32,000 nt of DNA, taken from Candidatus Paracaedimonas acanthamoebae (lineage in GTDB: Bacteria; Pseudomonadota; Alphaproteobacteria; Caedimonadales; Caedimonadaceae). The DNA is taken from the NCBI GenBank assembly GCA_000743035.1, contig CP008936.1:930001-962000 (forward strand), written 5' to 3'. The notes beneath the pieces were generated by a model that ran no database searches, had not been told where the DNA came from, and saw only the letters and a list, made by a program, of their open reading frames with translations. Positions within the stretch are counted from its first letter, which is position 1, and the number at the start of each line of letters is the position of its first letter. A program made the translations under genes and the position numbers. This document shows positions 16,897 to 24,974 of this stretch, one piece after another.

Positions 16897-17512
16897 ATGT
16901 TAACCCCATGTTACTCTAGACGTTTGCCTCCTTTTTTAATACTAATTAGTTCTTATGATTTTTTTTTATTTTATAAGGGGCTTTTTTACAGAAGGCCTCA
17001 ATAACGCCCTATTATCCACAATTTCTAAATGGTGAATGTTTCTTTTCTCTTATGTATTTAACCTCAAAGCATATACAAAAAGTACTTACAATAAATATTA
17101 CGTCTATACTTTAATTTTTTATTCTACACTGATAAGGAATACATCCTCCATTGGTTTATAATGTTCTAGTAAACTAAATCCTTTATCTTAACCAAAATTT
17201 AGTTTTTCTTAGATCATATTAACCATCAATGGATGAAAAATAATTATTCTATTTTAAAAAGTCAACTTCTTTTCGTAAACATATGTCATTTTGTTTTCAA
17301 GTATTGAAAGATTCTGCCATTGGGAAAATAAAACTTTAATCAATGCTAGATCCATACTAATGTTTTTAATTTTTTTTAGATGATTTTAATTATAAATTTT
17401 CTCATAAGAAGCTTTTGCTTCATTAGTAGCACTTGAACACTTATTAAGATTAATTCTTGTTGTATCCTAAATTATAAGCGTACTTTAATTCGATTTCTGG
17501 GCACATAAACAC

Positions 17513-18415
17513 TCACGATGCCGCTAATATTTTATCTTTATATTGCACAGAGTTTGCCTGGCTTTGCCCTTTAAAACAATAATTATGATAGAGTTCAGCT
17601 ATCCTTTTTGTCAAACATCCCACCTCATCCTTTCCAATCATTTCGTCATTAATTTGCGTAATAGACTTCACTAAAGTAGTTCTACCGGTCAAAAAAACTT
17701 CTTCGACATTAAAAAGAGCGGCCTCAGAAAATGTATCTTTTGGATAAGGATGTAATCTTCATGACATAGCTTCAAAACAGTCCGGCGCGTAATACCATTA
17801 AAAATCGAATACGTTGCTGGAGGTGTTTTAATAATCCCTTCTTTCTCCACGAGAAAAATATTTGAATGCGAACCTTCTGTAACTAAGCCTTTTTCATTAA
17901 TAAAAATGGCTTCAAACGCGCCTCCTTTTAATGCTTGTTGTTTTGTCAAGATATTTGGCAAGAAAGCAATTGATTTAATATTTGGCCTTGGCCCAACGCT
18001 GATCAGGAAGCGTAACAGCTTTTACGCCTGTAAGCCCATCAGCATTGTTTACGTAATTATAAGGCTTAACTGAAATAATAAGAGAACTTTTTATATTCTC
18101 AGGAAAAACATGTGATCTTGGTGCCACACCTCTTGTAATTTGTATATAAAACAATTCCACTTGTTACTTTATTATATTGGATTGTCTTCTTTATTAAAAA
18201 CATAAGCGTTTTCTCTTAACTGGTAAACCAATATGCAATAAGGAAATTGATTGCTCAAGACGTTTAAGATGTTCTTCTAAGTCTATAAGGCGCCCTTTTA
18301 TTAAAGAGATAACTTCATAAATTCCATCGGCAAATTGATAACCACGATCTTCAATAGAAACTTGCGCTCTATTAAGAAAAACAAACTTACCATTCACATA
18401 TGCAACACGACTCAT
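17513..18415 (-). pseudogene. dat: D-amino-acid (class IV) aminotransferase pseudogene
   Basis: The pieces are collinear with Bacillus Dat as I remember it: IEDRGYQFADGIYEV, YIQITRGVAPRSH.FPE, RW...IKS, VTEGSHSNIF, NGITR, EEVFLTG. Three in-frame TAA codons lie at 18194-18196, 18191-18193 and 18164-18166. One frameshift lies near 17985-17995, just before the catalytic-Lys IKS motif, and another lies near 17750. The stop is at 17513-17515. Confidence 0.85.
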
Positions 18416-18454
18416 GGCTTGAAACCTTCAACTTTAGAAAAAGAAATTTCTTTC

Positions 18455-18994
18455 TTAAGTTAAATTACCCTCTGAATTTGTTCTTAAAGCTTCTTCAACA
18501 GCCTGATCGAGATCTTTTTGCGTGCACAATCCTAGAGTCACAGGATGTCTAGGTTTAATATTTAATGCTTTTTTATGTGTTTTACTTCGAATCGCTTCAA
18601 TAGTCGCCTTAGTTGTTCCTAAGAGTTGACATAATAAAGCATCATTCATTTGTGGATAGTGCTTTAAAACCCATGCAATACCATCAGGACGATCTTTACG
18701 TAAAGAAACTGGAGTATAACGTCCTTTTTTCAAATTTTTATCTAATATAGACTCATGCTCTTTAAGAATTAAATGCTTGGAAGCATCTTCCTCACATCGC
18801 TTAATTTCTTGAGCTGTTAATTGATTATTAGCTAGCGGATCAAAAGGCACTAGTCCAACGCCAATTTCACCATCAGCTATTGCTTGCACCTCAAGAAGAT
18901 GCAATTCACAAAATGCCGCAATTTGCTCAAATGTTAATGTCGTATTTTCAACAAGCCAAAGTGCCGTTGCCTTTGGCATTAATGGAACAACCAT
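18455..18994 (-). CDS. DUF1013 domain protein (conserved alphaproteobacterial)
   Basis: The N-terminus PLMPKATALWLVENTTLTFEQIAAFCELH.LEVQAIADGE matches the DUF1013 signature I remember. Confidence 0.75.
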   Translation of the reverse strand: MVVPLMPKATALWLVENTTLTFEQIAAFCELHLLEVQAIADGEIGVGLVPFDPLANNQLTAQEIKRCEEDASKHLILKEHESILDKNLKKGRYTPVSLRKDRPDGIAWVLKHYPQMNDALLCQLLGTTKATIEAIRSKTHKKALNIKPRHPVTLGLCTQKDLDQAVEEALRTNSEGNLT

Positions 18995-19093
18995 TTCTTT
19001 TCCTTTCTTATAAGGATAACCACTTTATATTATTTAGGTGATAATCTTTCTTTTACTATTTCACAAGTAATAGCTTACTTGGATATCACTTAA

Positions 19094-20179
19094 TCAACTT
19101 TCATCCCCAAGACAAATCCCTAAACCTCTCGCTGTCTGAACAAGAACACTCTTTGGGTCAACAGCTCTATTTCGAGCAATTGCTTCAAGAATAGGGACAT
19201 CAACAACAGTTCGGTTCTGCCAGGCAACCATTCGATCAAACTTCTGCTCAGCAATTAAATCAACAGCTTTTACACCAAAAGCTGAAGCCAAAATACGATC
19301 AGCAGCATCAGGTTGCCCCCCTCTTTGAACATGACCTAAAACCATAAAACGAGTTTCTGCACCTGTTAGGCGCGTAATTTGATCGCTCAAATAATGCCCT
19401 ATTCCTCCATACCTTGCACGTCCTGAAAGATCTTTAATTTGAACGGCTTGACCTTCTTCAGTTTTAACAGCTTCTGCGACAACAACAAGAGCAAAGTTAC
19501 GCCCACGCTTTAAAAGCTGGTTTATCTTATTTTGGACATGCATCAATTTATAAGGAATTTCAGGAATTAAGATGATATCAGCTCCTCCAGCAATACCTGC
19601 CGTTAGAGCAATATGGCCGGCATCCCGTCCCATTAATTCTAAAACCATCACACGATCATGACTTGCAGCTGTCGGTTGCAAACGATCAAGAGCTTCTGTT
19701 GCAACATCTACAGCTGTCATAAAGCCGATCGATTGATCTGTGCTATCCAAATCGTTATCTATAGTTTTAGGAATAGCAACAAAAGGAATGTCTCCCCGTC
19801 GGCAAATCTCATGGATAATCTTTAAACTTCCATCCCCACCAATTCCAATAAGGGCATCCAACCCAAGCATGCGACAGCCTTCTACAATCTCCATTGAGCG
19901 ATCTTTAAAAGAACCATCTGGCATCGGAAATGCAAAAGGATCTCCTTTAGTTGTTGTTCCCAAAATAGTTCCACCTTGGTGAAAAACTCCCCCTTCGAAC
20001 ATCTCTACAGTCAAAGACCGGTATTCTAAAGGACGATTTAAAAGCCCTATTGTTCCATGGCTGATTCCAAAAACTTGCCATCCATACCCATCGGTTGCTC
20101 GTACAGTGACTGCTCTTAAAACAGCATTTAATCCTGCACAATCACCACCACTCGTTAAAATTCCAATTTTTTTTGTCAT
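19094..20179 (-). CDS. pfkA: 6-phosphofructokinase (PfkA family)
   Basis: The motifs SGGDCAGLNA, IGGDGS, PKTIDND, MGRDAG and GHVQRGG are present. Confidence 0.93.
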   Translation of the reverse strand: MTKKIGILTSGGDCAGLNAVLRAVTVRATDGYGWQVFGISHGTIGLLNRPLEYRSLTVEMFEGGVFHQGGTILGTTTKGDPFAFPMPDGSFKDRSMEIVEGCRMLGLDALIGIGGDGSLKIIHEICRRGDIPFVAIPKTIDNDLDSTDQSIGFMTAVDVATEALDRLQPTAASHDRVMVLELMGRDAGHIALTAGIAGGADIILIPEIPYKLMHVQNKINQLLKRGRNFALVVVAEAVKTEEGQAVQIKDLSGRARYGGIGHYLSDQITRLTGAETRFMVLGHVQRGGQPDAADRILASAFGVKAVDLIAEQKFDRMVAWQNRTVVDVPILEAIARNRAVDPKSVLVQTARGLGICLGDES

Positions 20180-20321
20180 TGTTTTCCAATTATTTCTGTT
20201 GAACAGACTATTCAGAACCTATCTCATTTGGTATAACATGCGCAAGATGACTTAAAAAATTTTTATAGATATGGGGTAGTACAATGGTCAATAAATTAAT
20301 TAATCGCGAGTACTAAAGCCA

Positions 20322-20522
20322 ATGGAATCAATGGAAATTGTTAAAATGCAACTTGAAAAAGTTACTGAAGAACATCGCGAACTTGATCATATGATTGAAA
20401 AAATGATGGAAGAACGTATCATTAATCAAATTGCAGTACAACGACTTAAAAAACGTAAACTGCTTTTAAAAGATCAAATTTTAAGGCTTAAAAGCCAACT
20501 ACTGCCAGATATTATTGCGTAA
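20322..20522 (+). CDS. DUF465 (YdcH-like) small coiled-coil protein
   Basis: The sequence EEHRELDHMIEKM....RLKKRKLLLKDQILRLKSQL fits the DUF465 signature. The start is ambiguous among three in-frame ATG codons. Confidence 0.7.
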   Translation: MESMEIVKMQLEKVTEEHRELDHMIEKMMEERIINQIAVQRLKKRKLLLKDQILRLKSQLLPDIIA

Positions 20523-20529
20523 ATTAAAA

Positions 20530-20606
20530 TGGCGCGCCCTGCAGGATTCGAACCTGCGACCTGCGGCTTAGAAGGCCGACGCTCTATCCAGCTGAGCTAA
20601 GGGCGC
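20530..20606 (-). tRNA. tRNA-Arg (anticodon UCU), CCA encoded
   Basis: The reverse complement folds as acceptor GCGCCCT/AGGGCGC, D arm GCTC-AGCTGGATA-GAGC, anticodon loop CTTCTAA (UCU), T arm GCAGG-TTCGAAT-CCTGC, then G plus CCA. It closely resembles E. coli argU as I remember it. There is one U-C mismatch at the top of the anticodon stem. Confidence 0.92.
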
Positions 20607-20631
20607 GTATGCATGCTGATAACTTTACAAA

Positions 20632-20637
20632 ATTATA
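20632..20637 (-). promoter_or_regulatory. Candidate -10 box (TATAAT on the minus strand) for tRNA-Arg
   Basis: A perfect TATAAT lies 25 nt upstream of the mature tRNA 5' end. Only a weak -35 (TTAAAT-like) is present, next to the palindrome TTGCCGGCAA at 20645-20654. Confidence 0.3.
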
Positions 20638-20693
20638 AAAGCACTTGCCGGCAATTTAATCGAGAAAAAGGTAGAGGTAAAGGAAATTTAGAT

Positions 20694-20729
20694 AAAAAAA
20701 TACCCTAGAGAGATTCTAGGGTATTTTTT
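20694..20729. terminator. Bidirectional intrinsic terminator downstream of the patatin-like gene
   Basis: The structure is A7, then stem TACCCTAG (20701-20708), a 7-nt loop, stem CTAGGGTA (20716-20723), then T6. The A-run gives the minus strand a U-tract too. It lies about 90 nt past the stop at 20817. Confidence 0.65.
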
Positions 20730-20816
20730 ATGTTAGTATATAGAAAAACTTACCAAAATTTATAATTAGAAGGTCTTTTTATTTTTACTAACAAACCTAC
20801 CTTATAAACTAGCTTC

Positions 20817-22259
20817 TTAGTGTTTTGTATGTCTCTTTTGTTTAAGTAAAAGCTTTGCAAAGTCTGACATCTCTTTCTCATTTGCACGGTTCCAAGCTAC
20901 CTGTTGTAACATTTTTAATGTTGATTCACTGTAGTCTGCAAGATCAACTTTTTGTTCAAGCCCGAACTGTATTCTTGCATAACTTTGAAGCTTGCCCTTC
21001 TTATGGTACCTGGCCATTGTATCTTCAACTTCTCTTGCTTTAATTCCCATAAAATAGCCTGGAATATTGCCAGGATTTCCAAATCCTAGTTTTCCTGCAT
21101 TTTCATTTAATTGAAGCATTGCCTCAGAGCCTGTCCCAAGAGAAAGCATATTTATTCTTACTTTTCTCCCGTGTGTTTTGTAATGGTCTCGAGCATGCTC
21201 AAAGGCAATAGCTGCAGGATTATTAAATCCTACACCACCATCAACGGCTAAGTATTCTCCACTTTTTGTTTTTACCGTTTTTGCTGGGAAATACGTAGGA
21301 GCAGCACTTGTTGCACGTCCGGCCTCAAGCATAGTCACATCTTTTGTTTCCTCATCTTCACTGCTCAATAGTTGGAGAGATCCTGTTTTGCTATTGACGG
21401 AAGTTACGGTAACAGGAACCTTAACATCAGTGAGTGTTGCATCACCAACATATTTTTTAATGACACTTTCAAGTCCTTCAGGATTATATGCTGCTCCTAA
21501 TAACCCACCAGGATTTGTAATCACATCCCATGTGCTACGGCCAAAAATAATCTCACCTTCTTCTATATAAAGGTTTAGAACCTCGTGTGCAGAAAGGCCA
21601 CGTGCTAACATAATTGCAGCCAACCCACCTGTTGATGTTCCATAAATACGATCAAACAATTGATGGGTCCTTAATCCTGTCTTCATTTCAAGAGCTGCTA
21701 ACATAGTAAGTGTCCCCACTCCCCGCATTCCACCACCATCAAGGCAGAGGACGTTTTCTTCTGCTTTATTTTCGAAAAAGGTCTTTACTTGTCTTACAAT
21801 GCTTGTTTTCTTAGAAAAAGTAGAGCTTACAGATTCTTCGAGAGTAACCCGTTGGACACCTTGGTCTATGGCTTTTTCTAGCTTATCTTCATATTGATGA
21901 ATACTGCGAGCCAGGTTTTGAGCTTGTCGCTCTAACTGTGGCACTTCTTCGTCACGCTCCTTCATCACTTCGAGCTTTTTATTAATATGCCAAGCCTCTT
22001 TAACAGCTTTAGCATATTTTGTCTCATCTTTTTTATATTCGGCGACTTGTTCTTTTGTTGCATGAGGCTCACTTGCCTGACCTTCAAAAATTGAGGCATC
22101 ATAAGAACTGCCAAGATGAGTTGCTACAGCTCTTGGCATAGCTTCTCTAGTTTCCTCTAGAACATCAACATCTCCATGCCCAGCATAAGCTGTTCCCATG
22201 AGAAGAAGGGAACCTAGTCTGAGAGCGGCGTATAACTTAAGAGCGTTAGGGTGACTCAT
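20817..22259 (-). CDS. Patatin-like phospholipase with signal peptide and long charged N-terminal extension
   Basis: It has the oxyanion hole DGGGMRG, the nucleophile elbow GTSTG (Ser213 by track numbering) and the catalytic Asp in AVDGGVGFNNP. The signal peptide reads MSHPNALKLYAALRLGSLLLMGTAYA. I prefer the ATG at 22259 because GGAG lies 6 nt upstream, unlike the tracked ATG at 22271. Confidence 0.88.
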   Translation of the reverse strand: MSHPNALKLYAALRLGSLLLMGTAYAGHGDVDVLEETREAMPRAVATHLGSSYDASIFEGQASEPHATKEQVAEYKKDETKYAKAVKEAWHINKKLEVMKERDEEVPQLERQAQNLARSIHQYEDKLEKAIDQGVQRVTLEESVSSTFSKKTSIVRQVKTFFENKAEENVLCLDGGGMRGVGTLTMLAALEMKTGLRTHQLFDRIYGTSTGGLAAIMLARGLSAHEVLNLYIEEGEIIFGRSTWDVITNPGGLLGAAYNPEGLESVIKKYVGDATLTDVKVPVTVTSVNSKTGSLQLLSSEDEETKDVTMLEAGRATSAAPTYFPAKTVKTKSGEYLAVDGGVGFNNPAAIAFEHARDHYKTHGRKVRINMLSLGTGSEAMLQLNENAGKLGFGNPGNIPGYFMGIKAREVEDTMARYHKKGKLQSYARIQFGLEQKVDLADYSESTLKMLQQVAWNRANEKEMSDFAKLLLKQKRHTKH

Positions 22260-22425
22260 GTTTAACTCCATATTGGTTATTGCTTACACTTTACATATAG
22301 GCAACTACAATAAAGTTTCAAGTGCAGAAATAGCATACAAGCATTGCATTTTTTACAAATTGCTCTTTATTGAAAGAGTAATAACTTAAAAACAAACAAA
22401 GCAGCATAAGGTGTAAACTCAAGGG

Positions 22426-22454
22426 TTGATTAAGGCCACAAAGATTGTTATAAG
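22426..22454 (+). promoter_or_regulatory. Candidate sigma70-type promoter for rpmI-rplT
   Basis: The elements are TTGATT (22426-22431), a 17-nt spacer and TATAAG (22449-22454). This would give a leader of about 90 nt before the ATG at 22553. Confidence 0.35.
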
Positions 22455-22552
22455 AATGCTTCATGAGTGGCGTGGCGTAAGGTTATTCTTAACTTTAGGG
22501 CATGCCTATCCACTCAAGTTTATTAAAGATTGACTTTAAAAGAGGAATAAAA

Positions 22553-22756
22553 ATGCCCAAACTTAAAACCAAAAGTAGCGTTAAAAAACGCTTTAAGTTG
22601 ACTGGTACAGGCAAAGTTGTAATGGCCCAGGCCGGGAAACGCCATGGAATGATCAAACGCACACAAAAAATGATTCGTAATGCACGCAGAACAACAGTGA
22701 TGTGTGACCAAGATGCTAAGATCATTAAACGTAACTTTATTCCTTACGGACTTTAA
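22553..22756 (+). CDS. rpmI: 50S ribosomal protein L35
   Basis: The N-terminus [22 protein letters not shown] is the canonical L35 N-terminus. An SD AGAGGA lies at 22541-22546. The tracked upstream start at 22502 is unlikely. Confidence 0.95.
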   Translation: MPKLKTKSSVKKRFKLTGTGKVVMAQAGKRHGMIKRTQKMIRNARRTTVMCDQDAKIIKRNFIPYGL

Positions 22757-22768
22757 AAGGAGACTACC

Positions 22769-23131
22769 ATGGCCCGTGTAAAAAGAGGGACAACAACCCA
22801 CGCTCGTCATAAAAAAATTATTAAGATGGCTTCTGGCTATTTTGGCCGTCGTAAAAATTGTTATCGTACAGCGGTTCAAGCCGTTGAAAAAAGCCTTCAA
22901 TATGCCTATCGTGACCGTCGCACACGCAAGCGTAACTTTCGTGCGCTATGGATTCAGCGCATTAATGCTGCAGCTCGCGAATTTGGTCTCACCTATTCAC
23001 AGTTCATGAACGGTGTTCATAAAGCTGGTATTGAGGTTGATCGTAAAGTGCTTGCAGATCTTGCTGCTCGTGAACCTCAAGCCTTTGAAGCAATTGTTAA
23101 TCAAGCAAATAAAGCTCTTAAATCTGCTTAA
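22769..23131 (+). CDS. rplT: 50S ribosomal protein L20
   Basis: The sequence reads [35 protein letters not shown]...YAYRDRR.RKR.FR.LWI.RINAA. Confidence 0.96.
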   Translation: MARVKRGTTTHARHKKIIKMASGYFGRRKNCYRTAVQAVEKSLQYAYRDRRTRKRNFRALWIQRINAAAREFGLTYSQFMNGVHKAGIEVDRKVLADLAAREPQAFEAIVNQANKALKSA

Positions 23132-23151
23132 AAGCAGTCATACTCAAAAAC

Positions 23152-23192
23152 TTCTCCCCTCTTCTGCTCAATTTTGGGAAAAGAGGGGGGAG
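23152..23192 (+). terminator. Hairpin after rplT (possible terminator, no U-tract)
   Basis: CCCCTCTT (23156-23163) pairs with AAGAGGGG (23181-23188) and the stem can be extended with G-U pairs. The loop is 17 nt and no T-run follows. Confidence 0.3.
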
Positions 23193-23288
23193 CCTGAAAT
23201 TAATCACCATAATTTTAAATCATTTATAATCGTATTCAATATATAGTTAACTTCATAGGAAATCAGTTTAGGATATTCTTTAAGAGAT

Positions 23289-23334
23289 GAACCAGCAAGT
23301 TAGGGGAGGGAATATAGAGAAGCTTTGCTGGTTC
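23289..23334. repeat. Hairpin repeat copy 1 (GAACCAGCAA ... TTGCTGGTTC, loop contains TTAGGGGAGGGAA)
   Basis: It has a perfect 10-bp inverted repeat at 23289-23298 / 23325-23334 with a 26-nt loop. It is related to the element at 24814-24855. Confidence 0.6.
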
Positions 23335-23522
23335 ACTCTATAATTTTATACTTATCCCTACTAAGTGTCTAATGCTTATTTGGAATATTTGATATGCATA
23401 TAATGCAATTCTTCTTAGGTCTATAGAGACCTAATAATACTTAAAATTTGCCCATACATAGGTTGTATTTGCAAATTACTAACCATTTATGCCTATAATT
23501 ATCTGCATAACAGGAATACAGC

Positions 23523-24416
23523 ATGAATCTAGAACTTTTAAAAATGTTTTATACCATTGCTCGCGCTGGAAACTTGACGAAGGCAGCTCAAATTCTTAAT
23601 ACCAGCCAATCGTCGTTAAGCCGATCCATGCAACTCTTTGAATATCAAATGAAAACAAAACTGTTTAAACGGCACCCTCGTGGCTTAAACCTAACACTTG
23701 AGGGCGAAAAAGTTTTTAAGCATGCTTCACGACTGATCCAAGAAAATGAGGATTTTATAAGAAGCTTTCATAATAAAGATGATGAAATTAAAGGCGAGCT
23801 CAAAATCATTACAACGCCGTATTTAGCTGAAACTGAATTAACAACCAATTTATTACCTTTTTTAGAAGAGAACCCTGAACTCAGGATTGAGATTATAACA
23901 ACAATAGATGATTTTGACCTCGAAAATGCAGATATTGCAATACGGTCTTTTATTCCTTATAGACCGGAACTCGCACAGCTTCTTTTGCTGACACATCATC
24001 ATAAATTATGGGCAAATAAAAAATACTTGGAAAAATTTAGCACTCCTCAATCAACTACTGATCTTAAGAATCACAGACTAATAGCTTTTGGTTTAGACAA
24101 GCAAAAAAATTTCTCTTTTACTAACTGGCTCAATTGGCTTTTATATATTGAAAATGATTCAGGCCACCCGAGAAAACCTTTTTTTCAAATCTCTTCTCAT
24201 GGGGGGATTTTAAAGGCTGGATGTGAGGGATATGGTATTATACAATTTCCTAAAGAGTGGGTATGTTTAAAAAAAGCTGATTTAATAGAAGTTCTTCCAG
24301 ACTTACAAGCACCAAAACTAGAGCTATATTATATATTCAATAAAAAATCTGCTAGCTCGAAAACAATACTGTCATTATATAATTATCTTCGCCATCATTT
24401 ATTAGAAGTACTCTGA
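23523..24416 (+). CDS. LysR-family transcriptional regulator
   Basis: The N-terminal wHTH reads LKMFYTIARAGNLTKAAQILNTSQSSLSRSMQLFEYQMKTKLFKR. The length of 297 aa and the C-terminal co-inducer-type domain fit the family. An SD AGGA lies 7 nt upstream. Confidence 0.88.
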   Translation: MNLELLKMFYTIARAGNLTKAAQILNTSQSSLSRSMQLFEYQMKTKLFKRHPRGLNLTLEGEKVFKHASRLIQENEDFIRSFHNKDDEIKGELKIITTPYLAETELTTNLLPFLEENPELRIEIITTIDDFDLENADIAIRSFIPYRPELAQLLLLTHHHKLWANKKYLEKFSTPQSTTDLKNHRLIAFGLDKQKNFSFTNWLNWLLYIENDSGHPRKPFFQISSHGGILKAGCEGYGIIQFPKEWVCLKKADLIEVLPDLQAPKLELYYIFNKKSASSKTILSLYNYLRHHLLEVL

Positions 24417-24813
24417 CTTTGTGTTCTCAATAACTTTATTGCCTTCTTGTAAGGCACATGATATGGGAAGGCAACATAATACCTTTTTCATAATTCTTCT
24501 TTTTCATTGGTCTTCCTTTTATTTCGCTTATGCATGTAAGTGTAAAACTTACTACCAGCCTCTTCTTCCTAATTCAAAAAATAGTGCCCTATTTCATACT
24601 TATCGTATTTCACTAATAACTATTTATTGTTTTTATTGATGAAAATATTGCATGAGAAGCAAAATAAATCCTTACTACATATGCATTCTTGTCATAACTT
24701 AAAATTTTAGGTAAATAAAGTTTAAATTGAGTTTAATACGTAAAACGAACAAGAAAGATACTTTTACTCAAAAAAATATTACTTTTTTAGGAAAACATTT
24801 GTAAAAAAAGAAA

Positions 24814-24855
24814 AAGAACCAGTAATTTTAGGGGGAAGAATTTTTACTGGTTCTT
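24814..24855. repeat. Hairpin repeat copy 2 (AAGAACCAGTAA ... TTACTGGTTCTT, loop contains TTAGGGGGAAGAA)
   Basis: It has a perfect 12-bp inverted repeat at 24814-24825 / 24844-24855 with an 18-nt loop. On the minus strand it is followed by CTTTTTCTTTTTTT, which is terminator-like. Confidence 0.6.
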
Positions 24856-24974
24856 ATCCTTAAATATAACTTCCTTTTTAATGAAATCACTAATACTGGT
24901 TTGTAATATTTGTTATGCTGAGGATGCAATTCATATATAATGGCTAAAATCAATAAGATATTGGCACCTTTACC

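Noticed and set aside
20817-22271. Reading the patatin-like lipase as a CBASS/defence effector.
   Set aside because: No cyclase, CD-NTase, sensor or other defence gene is nearby. The gene is monocistronic and carries a signal peptide, unlike cytoplasmic CapE-type effectors.
23415-23434. Hairpin/dyad TTAGGTCT-ATAG-AGACCTAA about 90 nt upstream of the LysR gene, as a T-N11-A LysR box or terminator.
   Set aside because: It fits the loose T-N11-A form, but that pattern is very permissive. There is no U-tract for a terminator. I have no second site or conservation data, so the support is too weak to call.
24439-24474. An 8-bp stem TTGCCTTC/GAAGGCAA 23 nt after the LysR stop as its terminator.
   Set aside because: The loop is 20 nt and the nearest T-run starts about 10 nt after the stem. 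This is marginal as an intrinsic terminator.
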